A stretch of 64,000 nucleotides of DNA from the human T2T-CHM13v2.0 reference genome, Homo sapiens, in assembly GCF_009914755.1 (NCBI RefSeq), contig NC_060947.1. The stretch is one strand, 5' to 3'. The notes under the pieces were generated by a model, which worked only from the letters and a program-made list of their open reading frames with translations, searched no databases and was not told where the DNA came from. Made by a program: the position numbers and the translations under genes. Positions 33,505 through 44,884 of this stretch are shown piece after piece (the first letter of the stretch is position 1; every line of letters starts with the position of its first letter).

Positions 33505-34045
33505 CAGGAGAATTTATTAAAACATTATCCCAACATCTTACTATATATTAAGGCCATGGTAGAAACTAGAAGAGGAAAAAGAAAAGACACAGTCCATGTG
33601 CTAAAGAGAATATAGTTTCATTATGGAGACTATGATTTATATATCTGAGACACTCAAAAAATGCATCATCACATATAATCCAAGGATAGCTTAAGTGATA
33701 CACTAAATGCTGCAAAGAAGCCAAATAAGAGGGCTATCAATATGAACCACAGGGGTCAGAGACGATCTTTTCATAGAAAAGACTGACCTGAAAGGAGGAG
33801 TGGGAAAGGAGAAGGTAATAAATAATTTCATTTTGAAAACTTTTCTCCAGGCAAGTGTCATGTCCCTTATATTAGGCTTTCAATGGTATTTTCACTGTCC
33901 CTCTGTGGTTTTGATGAAAAAAAAAAAACCCTACTCATGTCTTTCAAAATCTAGTGTACCCAAGAGCTCAATTCACTTATTCAACACATACTTATTAAAA
34001 ACCTATCATATACTGAGCCCCATGCTAGGTAGCATTAGGGCTATT
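33505..34045 (-). mobile_element. L2 fragments
   Basis: 'aagacacagtccatgtgctaaagag' and 'attcacttattcaacacatacttattaaaaacctatcat'. Confidence 0.65.
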
Positions 34046-34110
34046 TGCATAGACCGAGAACAACATGGATCTTTTACCAAGTGGAAACCATATAATGGGA
34101 AATGTCATGT

Positions 34111-34693
34111 AGAGCAGTGGTTCTCACACTTGATTGGGCCTCAGAATCACCTGGAGGACCTGTTAAAACACAAAGTGCTGGGCCTCACCTGCAGGGTTTC
34201 TGATTCAGTAAATCTGAGGCAGAACCTGAGAATTTGCATTTCTTTTTTTTTTTTTATTATACTTTAAGTTTTAGGGTACATGTGCACATTGTGCAGGTTA
34301 GTTACATATGTATACATGTGCCATGCTGGTGTGCTGCACCCACTAACTCATCATCTAGCATTAGGTATATCTCCCAATGCTATCCCTCCCCCCTCCCCCC
34401 ACCCCACAACAGTCCCCAGAGTGTGATGTTCCCCTTCCTGTGTCCATGTGATCTCATTGTTCAATTCCCACCTATGAGTGAGAATATGCGGTGTTTGGTT
34501 TTTTGTTCTTGTGATAGTTTACTGAGAATGATGGTTTCCAATTTCATCCACGTCCCTACAAAGGACATGAACTCATCATTTTTATGGCTGCATAGTATTC
34601 CATGGTGTATATGTGCCACATTTTCTTAATCCAGTCTATCATTTTCTAATGAGTTCCCAAGTGAAGCTGATGCTGCTGGACTGGCAAAAACCA
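34111..34693. mobile_element. MER5A split by an L1PA2 insertion
   Basis: 'cagtggttctcacactt...cctgagaatttgcatttct' resumes as 'ttctaatgagttcccaagtgaagctgatgctgctgg'. Confidence 0.88.
34243..34643 (-). mobile_element. 5'-truncated L1PA2-like 3' end (~400 bp)
   Basis: Pure T tail; young diagnostics 'cactaactc', 'tctagcattagg', 'ctcccaatgc', 'catgtgatctc'; GAG rather than the Ta-type ACA triplet. Confidence 0.92.
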
Positions 34694-34699
34694 TTGATA

Positions 34700-34830
34700 T
34701 AACGGTTAAGAAACCACAGGATTTATAGTCAGCCAGACCTGGGTTTGAATCCCACCTCTGGCACTTAGACATCCAACCCTGAGTACATTATTTAGCTGAT
34801 TAGAGCCTTGGGCTTTTTAATCTGTAACAC
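34700..34830 (+). mobile_element. MIR fragment
   Basis: 'tagtcagccagacctgggtttgaatcccacctctggcactta'. Confidence 0.8.
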
Positions 34831-34844
34831 TTGATACAACAAGA

Positions 34845-35850
34845 TTCAGCATTATTTTTTTTAGATATACTGTGTGTCTAGGTACAAGGGAAATAGCAAT
34901 GAATAAATAGACATAAACCTGTGAGGGTGATGACCACTAAGCACAGTTACCTAAAGTACTGTATGATTAGCATTGTGATCAGAACTATGAAGAAGAAGGG
35001 CAGGGAGGGGGCTATGAGAAGTGAAAACAAGGAAACCTTATCCAGACTGAATGGTCAAGGAAGACATCACTGAAGCTGGCTGATGCCTGAACTGTAAGCA
35101 GGAGGGCCCGTGCTCATCAGGAGAGGTGGTGGGGTAGGGCTGCTAGTGTTTGGAACTGCTTGATGAGGAAAGGATGGCGTGGCTGATGGTAATGTGTGGG
35201 GCTTTTGAGTGTGGCTAATCGGGACTGGTAGAGAGATGGGCCAAAGGGGAGCATGGGTTATAGAAGGGGTGGATGAGGTTGGTGGTGATGGGTGGAGCTA
35301 GAGGGTGTGGTGATGTGCATGACAGTGGGGAATTGTGTTGAAATGATGAGGATATTGGGGAGGTAACACTGATGAAAGTGGTACACAGGAGGTGGTGAGC
35401 TCGCTGGTCCTGGTAGGCAAGGTTAGTGGGTGTGACTTGTAAGTGTAAATGATGGTGGTCAGTAGAACCATTATAAAGAATAAGGGGTCATTTCTTTAGA
35501 CAAACAAATCAGAGAAGACCTTCCTGATGTTGTGACATTTAAATTGAGACTGGAAGGATGACAAAAGGGGTAACATACACTCTGAGCAGAAGAAATTACA
35601 ATGTGCAACAGCTCTGAGAGACAGTAGAGACCTGAGGATTTTATAGAAAACCAGTGCAGCTAGAGTGCCAAGAGTGAAAGGAGAAATGGTGGGAGATGAG
35701 GCTAAAAATGCAGGCAAGAGCCAAACCATGCAGAACCTTCTAGAGATTGATAACGCATCTGGTCTTTATCCTAAGAGCAATTAAAACAATGCGATCAGCT
35801 TAGAGTGTTGAAAAGCTCACTCTGGCTATATTGTGAATAATAGGCTGGAA
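34845..35850 (-). mobile_element. L2 fragments (34845-35090 and 35500-35850) around an unexplained GT-rich block
   Basis: 'tagcaatgaataaatagacata', 'gacatttaaattgagactggaaggatga', 'aagctcactctggct'. Confidence 0.7.
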
Positions 35851-35899
35851 GAGGCCACCAATCAGGAAGCGTTTGAAGAAAATAATTCAGCAAAGCAGC

Positions 35900-38320
35900 A
35901 CTGAGTCATATTTTTCTACTGACACAGAATATATGTACCTTCATAACTGGAGCCCTTCCATGTCTTTCCTCCCCGATGTCTAATTCCTTGCCTGGTATCC
36001 TAGTATTAGGACTAGATTTCCTACACACAAAAAAATCTGTTTCCTAATCTGAATCTGGAACTGAATCCCTAATACCCACTGCCATCATTCCTTGATAATT
36101 CACCAGCTGCTAATCTGAACTCCGGCAATTGCCAGCTACTTAGATGGCCATTGGTCAACTGCCTCACTCCTGCTTGGCCAATAGCCAGGTTCTCGGTTCA
36201 GTTTGTCACCGTGGAAACTTATTCTCACATTTTACCTGCTCTTATCCCTCTTAGGTCTGATATGATTCTGAACCTACTTTTGGAGTCAAACCACCATGTA
36301 CTCAACCCTGTAATAACCAAATCATTAAACCTTGGAATTAAATCCTTACTATAAAGGAATACCTGAGACTGGGTAATTTATAAACAAAAGAGGTTTAATT
36401 GGCTCACATTTCTGTACGCTGTACAAGCATGGCATCAACATCTGCTTGGCTTCTGGTGAGGGCCTCAGGAAGCTTACAGTCATGGAGGAAAGCAAAGCAG
36501 GAGCAGGCAAGGTATGTCACATGGTGAGAGCAGGAGAAAGGTGGGGGGAGGTCTCAGACTCTTTTAAACAATCAGATCTCATGCAAACTCACTGAGCAAG
36601 AACTCACTTATCACCAAGTGGATGGTGCTAAGCTATTGATGAGGGAGCTGCCTCCATGATTCAATCACCTCCCATCAGGCCCCACCTCCAACATTGGGAA
36701 TTACATTTCAAAATGAGATTTCGAGGGGACAAACATCCAAACTACATCATACTTGTCCCAGCCGCAGACTTCTCCTGACCAAGGAAAACTTCCTGAATTC
36801 CCAGGTCTTGTCTATGCCACTGTGGCCTGTTCCACCACCACCCAAGCCCTGGTTCTAATAGCAGGTATTGTCAAAGGGCTAGAACATCATTTAATAATAA
36901 ACGTGGCCTGGGAATTGAGAACATATCATGTCTGGCTGTTTGAAAATTTGATGTGGATTATTTGATATTCTTGGGCTCTTGTGATTGTGCAACTTAGACC
37001 TGGTAAACAAGTCATAGGTGCTCCTTTACAGTACCTGAGCTCACTTGTCCAGTTCCTAAGAAGTCAGCACTCACATTTGGATGGATTTGCCTCAGGCGTC
37101 CTGACAGCATAATAAGTGAATCTGTTATATATCCTAGGCTACAGATCCTTTCTTGGATGGTATCACTGTATTGACTCTGAGGCAAGGGACTTGAGAAACA
37201 GAAACTCTCTCCTTTCTGGGTTGCTCGAAGATCATATTATTCATGTGGATCTGACATGCATCTATAAAGGCCCAACTGATCAGATCCATGCTTCTCATTT
37301 TCATCAAACTACAAGTGGATATGGGGCTTGGGGAGCTACTAATGGGTTCAAAGACCCTCACTTTTCTGGACTTTCGTTGCAGTGCTCTGGGAGTGAGATC
37401 AGAGGTAGGGAAAAGCAAGTGATGGAGTATGTTCGTTGCAGACAGAGAGAGCAGGTTTTGGGATTGAAGATCCTTCATCTGTAAATCTGCTACTTCTTAT
37501 TATAAAGGCCAAAGTACTCTGGAAAGTGTGCAGTGTGGAGGATAATTGCCTCTCAGGGTCATCTCATAAAGAATCTGAGAGGTCTCCTAATCAGGGTCTA
37601 ATGGTGGCTTTGGTGCCAGGGGCTGGGAGGCAATGGTTTACAGGTTAGGGCAAAGAATTCTTGGAAGGAGGACACTCAAGCCTCTGAGAAAGAACAGAAA
37701 TGTGCCTGGCAGGCAGCCCAAAGAGCTGAAGTTAGAGGAGACCAGGAGTCCAAAATAGGCAGTAGAAGTTGGAAGACATTGGAATACCAAAAGGAGACCA
37801 AATCCTACAAGGGTAGACCAAAGAGAAGTCAGTCTCAAGTCAGAGAGTTTGTGAGTCTAGATAAGCGCAAAAAGCTATTTCTTTCTTTAAGCTTACCAGG
37901 AGCTTTATGGAACAGGTTTGAAGCTGGATTAGTGACAAAGGTGATGCTCACATCCGAAGCATTGAGTTTTTCACTGGGTGAAAACTCAAGAAGAAGTGTG
38001 ATAAATGGGATTTTGTTTTCAGGCTCTCTCCCTTGTGGCATCCTCTCATCCCAGGCATCACTTGCTGCATCCAGCCACACAGATCCCACCCATCAATTTC
38101 ATGCCCCAAGGCCCAGAAATCCCTGCATCTTGGGTCCTCTTCCGTGCTCTCTGCCAGCCAGTCAGATCAAGGCATAACAGGTTGAATGTTGCCTAACACA
38201 TTTCCCTTTGCATTTCAGTGGAAGCTTTTTAACAATTGTGTCCTTCATTGATATCATCCAAAGCAATACTTCTAATTTGGGAAATTTCCAGCTCTACAGC
38301 ATATCTGGGAGTATTTGGGA
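35900..38320 (-). mobile_element. Probable ancient Gypsy-like LTR retrotransposon internal region (MamGyp-int-like), heavily decayed
   Basis: Complex sequence with several partial ORFs; minus-strand 'RKVRVFEP..PSP' recalls the PNMA/Gypsy gag motif RKLRVFSG; recognition is from memory only. Confidence 0.4.
36346..36749 (-). mobile_element. MaLR LTR (MSTA/B-like), last ~20 bp missing
   Basis: 'gaatacctgagactgggtaatttataaacaaaagaggtttaattggctcac...acatccaaactacatca'. Confidence 0.92.
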
Positions 38321-38324
38321 GACA

Positions 38325-38783
38325 GTTGGCTTAAAACAACACAGATTTATTTTCTTATGGTTCTGGAGGTCAGTAGTCTGAAATGGGTCTCACTGGGTTA
38401 AAGTTGTGGTGCAGGCAGGGCTAGTTCCTTCTGGAGGCTTGGAAGGGAAAATCCATTTACTTGTCTCTTTCAGCTGACAAGTGGCTTCCTGTGCCTGCCT
38501 GTATTCCTCGGCTTTTGGCCCCTTCCTCCACCTTCTATGTCGTCACTCCAATCTCTGCTTCTGTCATCATATCTGCTCCTCTGCCTCTGACTCTTTCCTC
38601 ATCTCTCTCATTAGGACCCTTGTGATTACACTGAGCCTACCTGGATAATCTGGGATAATCCTTCTGTACCAAGATTCTTACCTTATTCACATAGGCAAAG
38701 TTTATTTTGCATGTAAAGTAACATATTCAGTCTACGGATTAGAACATGGACATATTTGGGGTACCATTATCCACCCTACCACA
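38325..38783 (-). mobile_element. MLT1 LTR (MLT1D-like)
   Basis: 'ggcttaaaacaacacagatttat...ttctggaggtcag', 'aggacccttgtgattacac', ends 'ctaccaca'. Confidence 0.88.
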
Positions 38784-39509
38784 TGAAACATTTCAAATTG
38801 TATCATGGTTCTGACATTTTCTATTCCTGCATTCAATTTATAGATTATAGATTTTAAAAAGATGTTAAATAGTTCAGTGTTATCTTTGCCCAATGATCAT
38901 CATCTTTCAAAGGCGGTGTGAGGGTGGAAAGAGGTGGTTAGGGGCAGAAAGTAAAAGAAGCAGGGAGCGAGTTTTAAAAGTTCTGCAATGGGACATCTGG
39001 AATTGGCCTCTTACCCGATTAACTCCACTGCCAATTAGGATGAGGCTCTGCCTTGTGGTTTCATTTAAAGCCTCATTTAATGACAATTCATTTTAGTCAG
39101 TGGTTCTGCTTCTTTTCCAATACAATTTGCTCTTGAGCTCAAATGGTGCTCTCAGCCTGGTTGGAGATTGAAGGCCAGCTTCCTTCAACTCTGGCTTTGA
39201 TCGAAGAAATGGGAAGTGGACATTTGGAAAATTTATCTGAGAAGGTAGGGAAATTAAAACTGAAGGGAATCCAATTGTTCTTCAGAACTGTCTAAAGAGA
39301 TTAGAGCAGCAGTGACTCAAAATGACATCCTACTTAGCTTACAAGCTCCCACTTGTTCCGCACTCTGTGGGCCAGGAGACAGCCTGAGTCTCTGTGCCCA
39401 GGGCATCTTCATAAGCCTCAGAAGCTGAGCACAAGGACATGATAGTAAGAGAGACACTATCCAGGGCCATCACTTCCCAAAGTTTATGTTCAAGGAAGAA
39501 ATTTATATA

Positions 39510-39760
39510 ATAACTACCAATAATTGTATACTTATTATATGCTAAGCACTGTGCTTAAGCACACTACATGTGTTTTGTCATTTAACCTAACCTTCATAAC
39601 AGCCATGTAAGGTAATTTATATTAGCCTTTTTTACAGGTTAGTAAACTGAAGCACAGAGAGAGATTAATTGACTTGCCCAACATCAAACAACAGAGGTAA
39701 AATTTGAGCAGTCAGTAGTCCCAAGCCCTCACACTTATCCACCATGCTATACTGCTCCAC
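39510..39760 (-). mobile_element. MIR
   Basis: 'tttacaggttagtaaactgaagcacagaga...gacttgcccaa'. Confidence 0.85.
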
Positions 39761-40290
39761 GTGGAACCTCCCTGGGAAATTCTGTGTTAGATATGTGGAT
39801 GTTTATGGTGCCAAACAGGTCTTACTAAAGCAAGTAAACAAGTGACTAAGGTCATACTTGCTTACTAAAACAATCGTCTTCAAGGATTTCATTTCTGCAT
39901 TAGGGGAAGTGCACACAGGACACTTTCACCAGATATTCATGAATTATAATATTTGGGTAAAGATTGAGATCTGGGAGTGTGTATCTTGAAAAAAGTAGTC
40001 ATGTGAACATATACTAGCCAAGGCCAAAGATAACATAGCATGCATGTTATCATGCAGGAGTAAACCCCTTTCTGGAGACTGTGTCTAAGGTATTAATTTC
40101 AGCAAACATCTTACATAGAACAATCCCCAATTTTCATATGCATTTTTTGAAAGCCCTATACAGTCATTCCCTATACATCTTACGAATGGAAAGAACTCTA
40201 GATCTCTCATCCTCCAATCAAAAGCTTCCAGAGGTCATCTGTTTCCAACCACCCAGACTTGTTCAGAGGTATGAAGACATCAAGAGCCTT

Positions 40291-40398
40291 GGAAGGGGAG
40301 AAAGAGGAAGAGGAGGAAGAAAAGGAGGGAGTAGAGGAAGGAGAGGAGGAGGGAGAAGAGGAAAGAATGGAGAAGGTAGTGGAGGAGGAAGGAGGGGG
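40291..40398. repeat. GA-rich low-complexity tract
   Basis: Near-pure purine GGA/GAA mosaic. Confidence 0.9.
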
Positions 40399-41312
40399 CA
40401 TGTAAGTACCTTCCTGAGAAGATTTGGAGAAGGTTCTAATTTGGAAGATTGATCATAGGAGCCAGCTAAAGTTGTGCAAGGCATCAGCTTGATAGAGGCA
40501 AGACACTGTCAAGGCTTGCTCATTAGGAGCTGCCCCTGTGCCTCAAGCCAGCACCCCTTGCCTACACTATATATTGTCTCAACTCTTGCAGGTTTGGGTC
40601 ATTCATGCAGACCTTTATTAAGAACCAACTATGTGCCCAGCACTACATTAGACACTGTGAGGGATACAAATATATACAAGACAGAATCCTGCTCAAGATA
40701 ATGCATCTATCTTGGTATTTGTAGTCCCTAATAAGTACAAGAACCATAGGAAGTACAGAAACAAAAGATGAAAATTGTTTCAGCGATCAAGTTCTCTTAA
40801 ATCTGGGTCATTTTCCCTTTTTCCTATTATTTCTCTGTTCCCTCTACTCCACATCTCCTCTAATCCTGATCTCATTCTTTGGACACATACTGCCCTTCCT
40901 CTCCCCTCCTCAAGTTACAGCCCATTTTTATTTTTCAATATCTTCCTGCTGTTTCATGAAGATTTGCCCTAATTCCCTCTAATACCTGATACCTTCAACT
41001 ATTAATAGGCATTCACTATCCCAATCCTGACACATACACCAACAACAGCAATAGAAACAGTGCAGCCTGCAGTTTGAATTATGAGACCATGTTAATCAAA
41101 GAACGGGCAACCACTTGGTGGCAGCATACTCAAATTCAAATAAGAGGAAATATTTTTAAGTGAGAAGGAACAGCCTGAATTAACAAAACTAAAGTTAGAA
41201 AATGCCAGATTAGCAAAGCTAAAGTTAGAAAATGATGACCATGCCACATCTGTAAAATTGTATCAGTTGCACTCAGGAAGACTGAATTGAGAGTGTGTTG
41301 CAGTCCTGACAA

Positions 41313-41398
41313 CAAGAAAGAAAAAAAGAAAACAAAAGAAAAGAAAAGAAAGAAAAGAAAAGAAGAAAAGAAAAGGGAAAGAAAAGAAAAGAAAAGAA
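41313..41398. repeat. (GAAAA)n simple repeat
   Basis: Imperfect pentamer run. Confidence 0.92.
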
Positions 41399-41639
41399 CA
41401 CAATGTTATGGAGCTAAGGAGTGCATCTTCAAGGCTATAGCCATAAGAAAGAGCCCTAAGTTTTAATGTTTTAGCACTAAAGACAGACAACTCTTGTGTC
41501 TCCATATTCCCTCAAAGAAAACTGGATTGAGACTAATCGAATAATCCAGACCATTGGAAACAATGACAGACTAAATGAAAATGCGTATATAGACATTTTT
41601 GTTTCTGGTATAATGGGCCATTAATAATAGGATACTTAC

Positions 41640-41786
41640 AAGAAAACAAGAAGCGAGCGTGTGCCATTGGGAAATGCACTCAGGGATTCATATCCTCTTC
41701 TGGGATTGGTATCAAATGCCAAATAAGCTCCCACTGATGTTGCAGACAGTAGGCTGGTATAGATAACCTCCTGGGGCCATTGATTT
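41640..41786 (-). CDS. Candidate internal exon, 147 bp, phase 2-2, peptide NQWPQEVIYTSLLSATSVGAYLAFDTNPRRGYESLSAFPNGTRSLLVF; gene not recognised
   Basis: Acceptor gtctctgtttttgtAG|, donor |GTAAGTAT, length divisible by 3, exactly one open frame, non-repetitive context. Confidence 0.4.
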
Positions 41787-42119
41787 CTACAAAAACAGAG
41801 ACTATATTCTAGTTCTTCAGCTGCCAAAACATGATAATTATTAGCAGCCCAGCACAACAAACATCTTGGGAAATGTGGGACTCAGAATAGCTTTGTAATT
41901 GGCCCCTTAGTCAATGATGTCCAACTGATTAAAGAATGTATATGCCTTGCATCCTAGAAGCCTGAAAAATGGTTTCTTCATCTCTCATTAGAGCTTTTCT
42001 ATTTCTAGGAGAGTACATCTATTGTTTTCAACTATAAGAAGACATCCAAGGCAAGTTCAATGATAAAAAGCATGGAGTATTTTACTTCAGCTGGTATGCA
42101 TATAACCAAAGTAAATCAA

Positions 42120-42345
42120 AAATATATATTGAGCCCGTACTATGTACCCATGCCTGTGCCAGCTGCTACAGGGTAGACAGAAAAAACATTGGCATGGTGC
42201 CTCTCTCGCATGCTTATGATCTAGTTGGGAGATAAAATTAACATGTAAAACAATTCAACAAAAGACATAATGTGTTTTGAGTTGGATTGTTCAGAGGCTA
42301 GGTGCTATAGTGGTAATAAAAGAGGAAAGTGACTGTGGACTAGGG
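42120..42345 (-). mobile_element. L2 fragment
   Basis: 'aatatatattgagcccgtactatgtacc...catggtgcctctctcgcatgcttatgatctagttggg'. Confidence 0.7.
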
Positions 42346-42346
42346 T

Positions 42347-42800
42347 TGTCAAGGACCTTGAAGGGTCTGAGATTTTACTCTACTTTCAAACTAGCAAGTT
42401 GGCCTACTACAGTTTCATGGATACCAGTAGTAAATACGAGACTCCTAGATGACAGATGAAAGAAAATTTATCACTCACAGCAACAGCAGTGGCCAGAGTA
42501 TCGTCATTTTTGCATTGGTTTTGGAGTGCAGATTCCAACAGGGCAATGTGAGGAGGACCAAATGTCATCTGTGCATGAAGTGGGTTGCATTACAGGAGAG
42601 GCACCCTGAACTTAGAGAACTTGAGCTTATAGAATCATTCATAATAGGCAGTAAGCATGCCTTCCCTTTGTTCCATAGACATTATCTCCATATTGCCAAG
42701 CTTTTCCCTATATAAACATCCTAAAGAAAATAGTCCAGAACAACAAGCAGTCATTGTCTTGCTTGCAAGACATTCAGAAACACAACTCAATTGTCAGACA
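42347..42800 (-). mobile_element. ERVL solo LTR (LTR47-like)
   Basis: 'tgtcaaggaccttgaagggtctgagattttactctac...acagtttcatggat'; TG...CA ends; TSD agggt/aggtt. Confidence 0.75.
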
Positions 42801-44084
42801 AGGTTTTGTGGAGCCATGGTTTTGGTATGGAGTGCATATCACAGCACAAATGGCTCATGCAAATCCATCTCCATTACAAAGCACATGTCCTAAAGATGGG
42901 AGATTTCTTAAGATTACCGAGAAAATACAAAACAGTTCAGAGCTTCAAGGGCCTTTGTTTAACCTGCTCATCTTACAGAAATGGAAACTGAATCCTAAAG
43001 AAGTCAAACAATCATAGCATTATTGTAGTATACAACTGGCACATTTCTTATGTCTGATTAGACAGTTATATTCTATGCCCACTGAGCACTATCCTACTTT
43101 TCATAGTAGGATGCTGCTTGGGAACCTCATTAGAAACCAAATTACTACCTGAACCAAGTTTACACTAATGTATTGACCTCTACAACACTCATTAAATGAA
43201 CTGTAAATCCAATACACTGAAGTCATTTTCCACTGAATCAAATAAGGCTTCAGTCAAAAGAATTACCATTGTGATATACTTAATGCCCGGCATTTTCAGG
43301 GAGTTTTAGGCTGGATCATTTCAGATAAAGAGAGAAAATTGTAGAGTCGTAAAATAATGCTGACTAAATAAGTCACACTGCAAGCAAGCATCCTAATTCA
43401 GAACTGGGAAGGCAATAATCGACTCGAATTGATTAGTTGGTGGAGCCATCTAAGGATTCACAGTTCTTTGTTTACTAATCTGTCTGTACTTCACTTTCTC
43501 CCAGATTCAAAAGTGCTGTAAATACTACTACTTACTTTATCTAAGAATACCTTTGGTCCTTCTCAGTTTGCATAGCAGCTGAACTGTGGGAATAAGTGAG
43601 GGGGAAATGTAACTACTATCAAAAGTACTAAAACAGAACACAAAGTATAGACAGACCTTCTTGCATCTGTGGGGAATCTAGACAAGGATAATAATCCCCA
43701 AGCAAGAAAGTTCACTGGATTTAAATATATTTTCTAGTTGGGTTTCATTAAATCTGGCCCAGAAAGTCAAGAGCAAGTGTTGAACAAACAGAAAATCTGC
43801 TTGTGAGTTTCTGATTTTGTATGCAAATCCATACACGCCACAGGATGAGAAAATATAACTATTTTCAAAACTAGGTGTGTACTGGAACATTAAAGCCAAA
43901 TATGGAATAAAGTTAAGTGTGTCTCTCAACCCCAATCATCATCCCCCACCTTCTAGGGCTGCAATGCCCTAAGGTTGACTAAAAAGTCATTGCCACTTGT
44001 TACTGGCTTGGGAAGAAATAGTTTGTACTTGCTTTGTGAACTACCTTAGCAGAAGACTAGTTGAGATCAAGTGAGATGATGATC

Positions 44085-44310
44085 ACATTGCACCAGACAG
44101 CCCACACCCAAAGTATCTGTGTGCAGTTGTGAGCACAATATGTAACAAGTAACCTTAAAAATTGTAGTGTGTCCAGAAAAGAGCAACCGATATGATTAGA
44201 GGACTTGGAGTTTTGGCCTTTTAGGACTAGTTGAGAAACCTAAGGATGGTTAGCCACGAGAAGACTTAGTGGGAAAACATTAGTACTGTTTTCAAACCTT
44301 CGGAGGGTTA
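44085..44310 (+). mobile_element. L3/CR1 LINE fragment
   Basis: 'gtatctgtgtgcagttgtgagcac...gtgtccagaaaagagcaacc..atgattagaggacttgga'. Confidence 0.65.
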
Positions 44311-44319
44311 TTTTTCTTT

Positions 44320-44884
44320 TTTTCAGGTTCATTGAGGTATTATTGGCAAATAAAATTTGTATAAATTTAAGATGTACAACATATTTTGACATACATATAC
44401 ATTATGAAATAATTACTACAATCAAACTAATTAGCATATCTATCACCTCACATTTCTTGTGTGTGATGAGAACACTTAAAATCTACTCTTTTTTATTTTA
44501 TTTTTTTATTTTATTATTATTATACTTTAAGTTTTAGGGTACATGTGCACAATGTGCAGGTTAGTTACATATGTATACATGTGCCATGCTGGTGTGCTGC
44601 ACCCATTAACTCTAAGTATATAAGACCTTATTATCTATAGTCACCATGCTGTACATTAGGTCTCCAGAACTTATTCGTCTTATAACTGTGAGTTTGTACT
44701 CTAACCGGTATCTCCCCTTTTCCCCGAGGTAACTACACTTCTCCTCTCTGTTACTACACTGGTAACTACACTTCTCCTCTCTGTTACTATGAATTTGACT
44801 TTTTAAAAAAAGATTCCACATAATAAGTAAGATCATGCAGTGGTTGTCTTTCTGGGTCTGGCTTATTTCACTTAGCATAATGTG
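44320..44884 (-). mobile_element. L1MA (approx. MA8/9) 3' end carrying a short L1PA insertion
   Basis: 'ctatagtcaccatgctgtacattaggtctccagaacttattc', 'ggcttatttcacttagcataatg'. Confidence 0.88.
44490..44612 (-). mobile_element. Very short L1PA3-like 3' terminus (~90 bp plus tail)
   Basis: T-rich tail + 'tatactttaagttttagggtacatgtgcacaatgtgcaggttag...cccattaactc'. Confidence 0.92.

Noticed and set aside
33800-34629. 155-aa and 131-aa ORFs
   Set aside because: They run through L2, MER5A and antisense L1 3'UTR; no coding signature
40081-40484. RGG-rich, Ser-rich and Pro-rich ORFs
   Set aside because: Translations of a GA-rich low-complexity tract in different frames
41189-41236. Direct repeat ctaaagttagaaaatg x2
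   Set aside because: Only two copies; ordinary small duplication (as is ccagcacagccttg x2 near 49990-50016)
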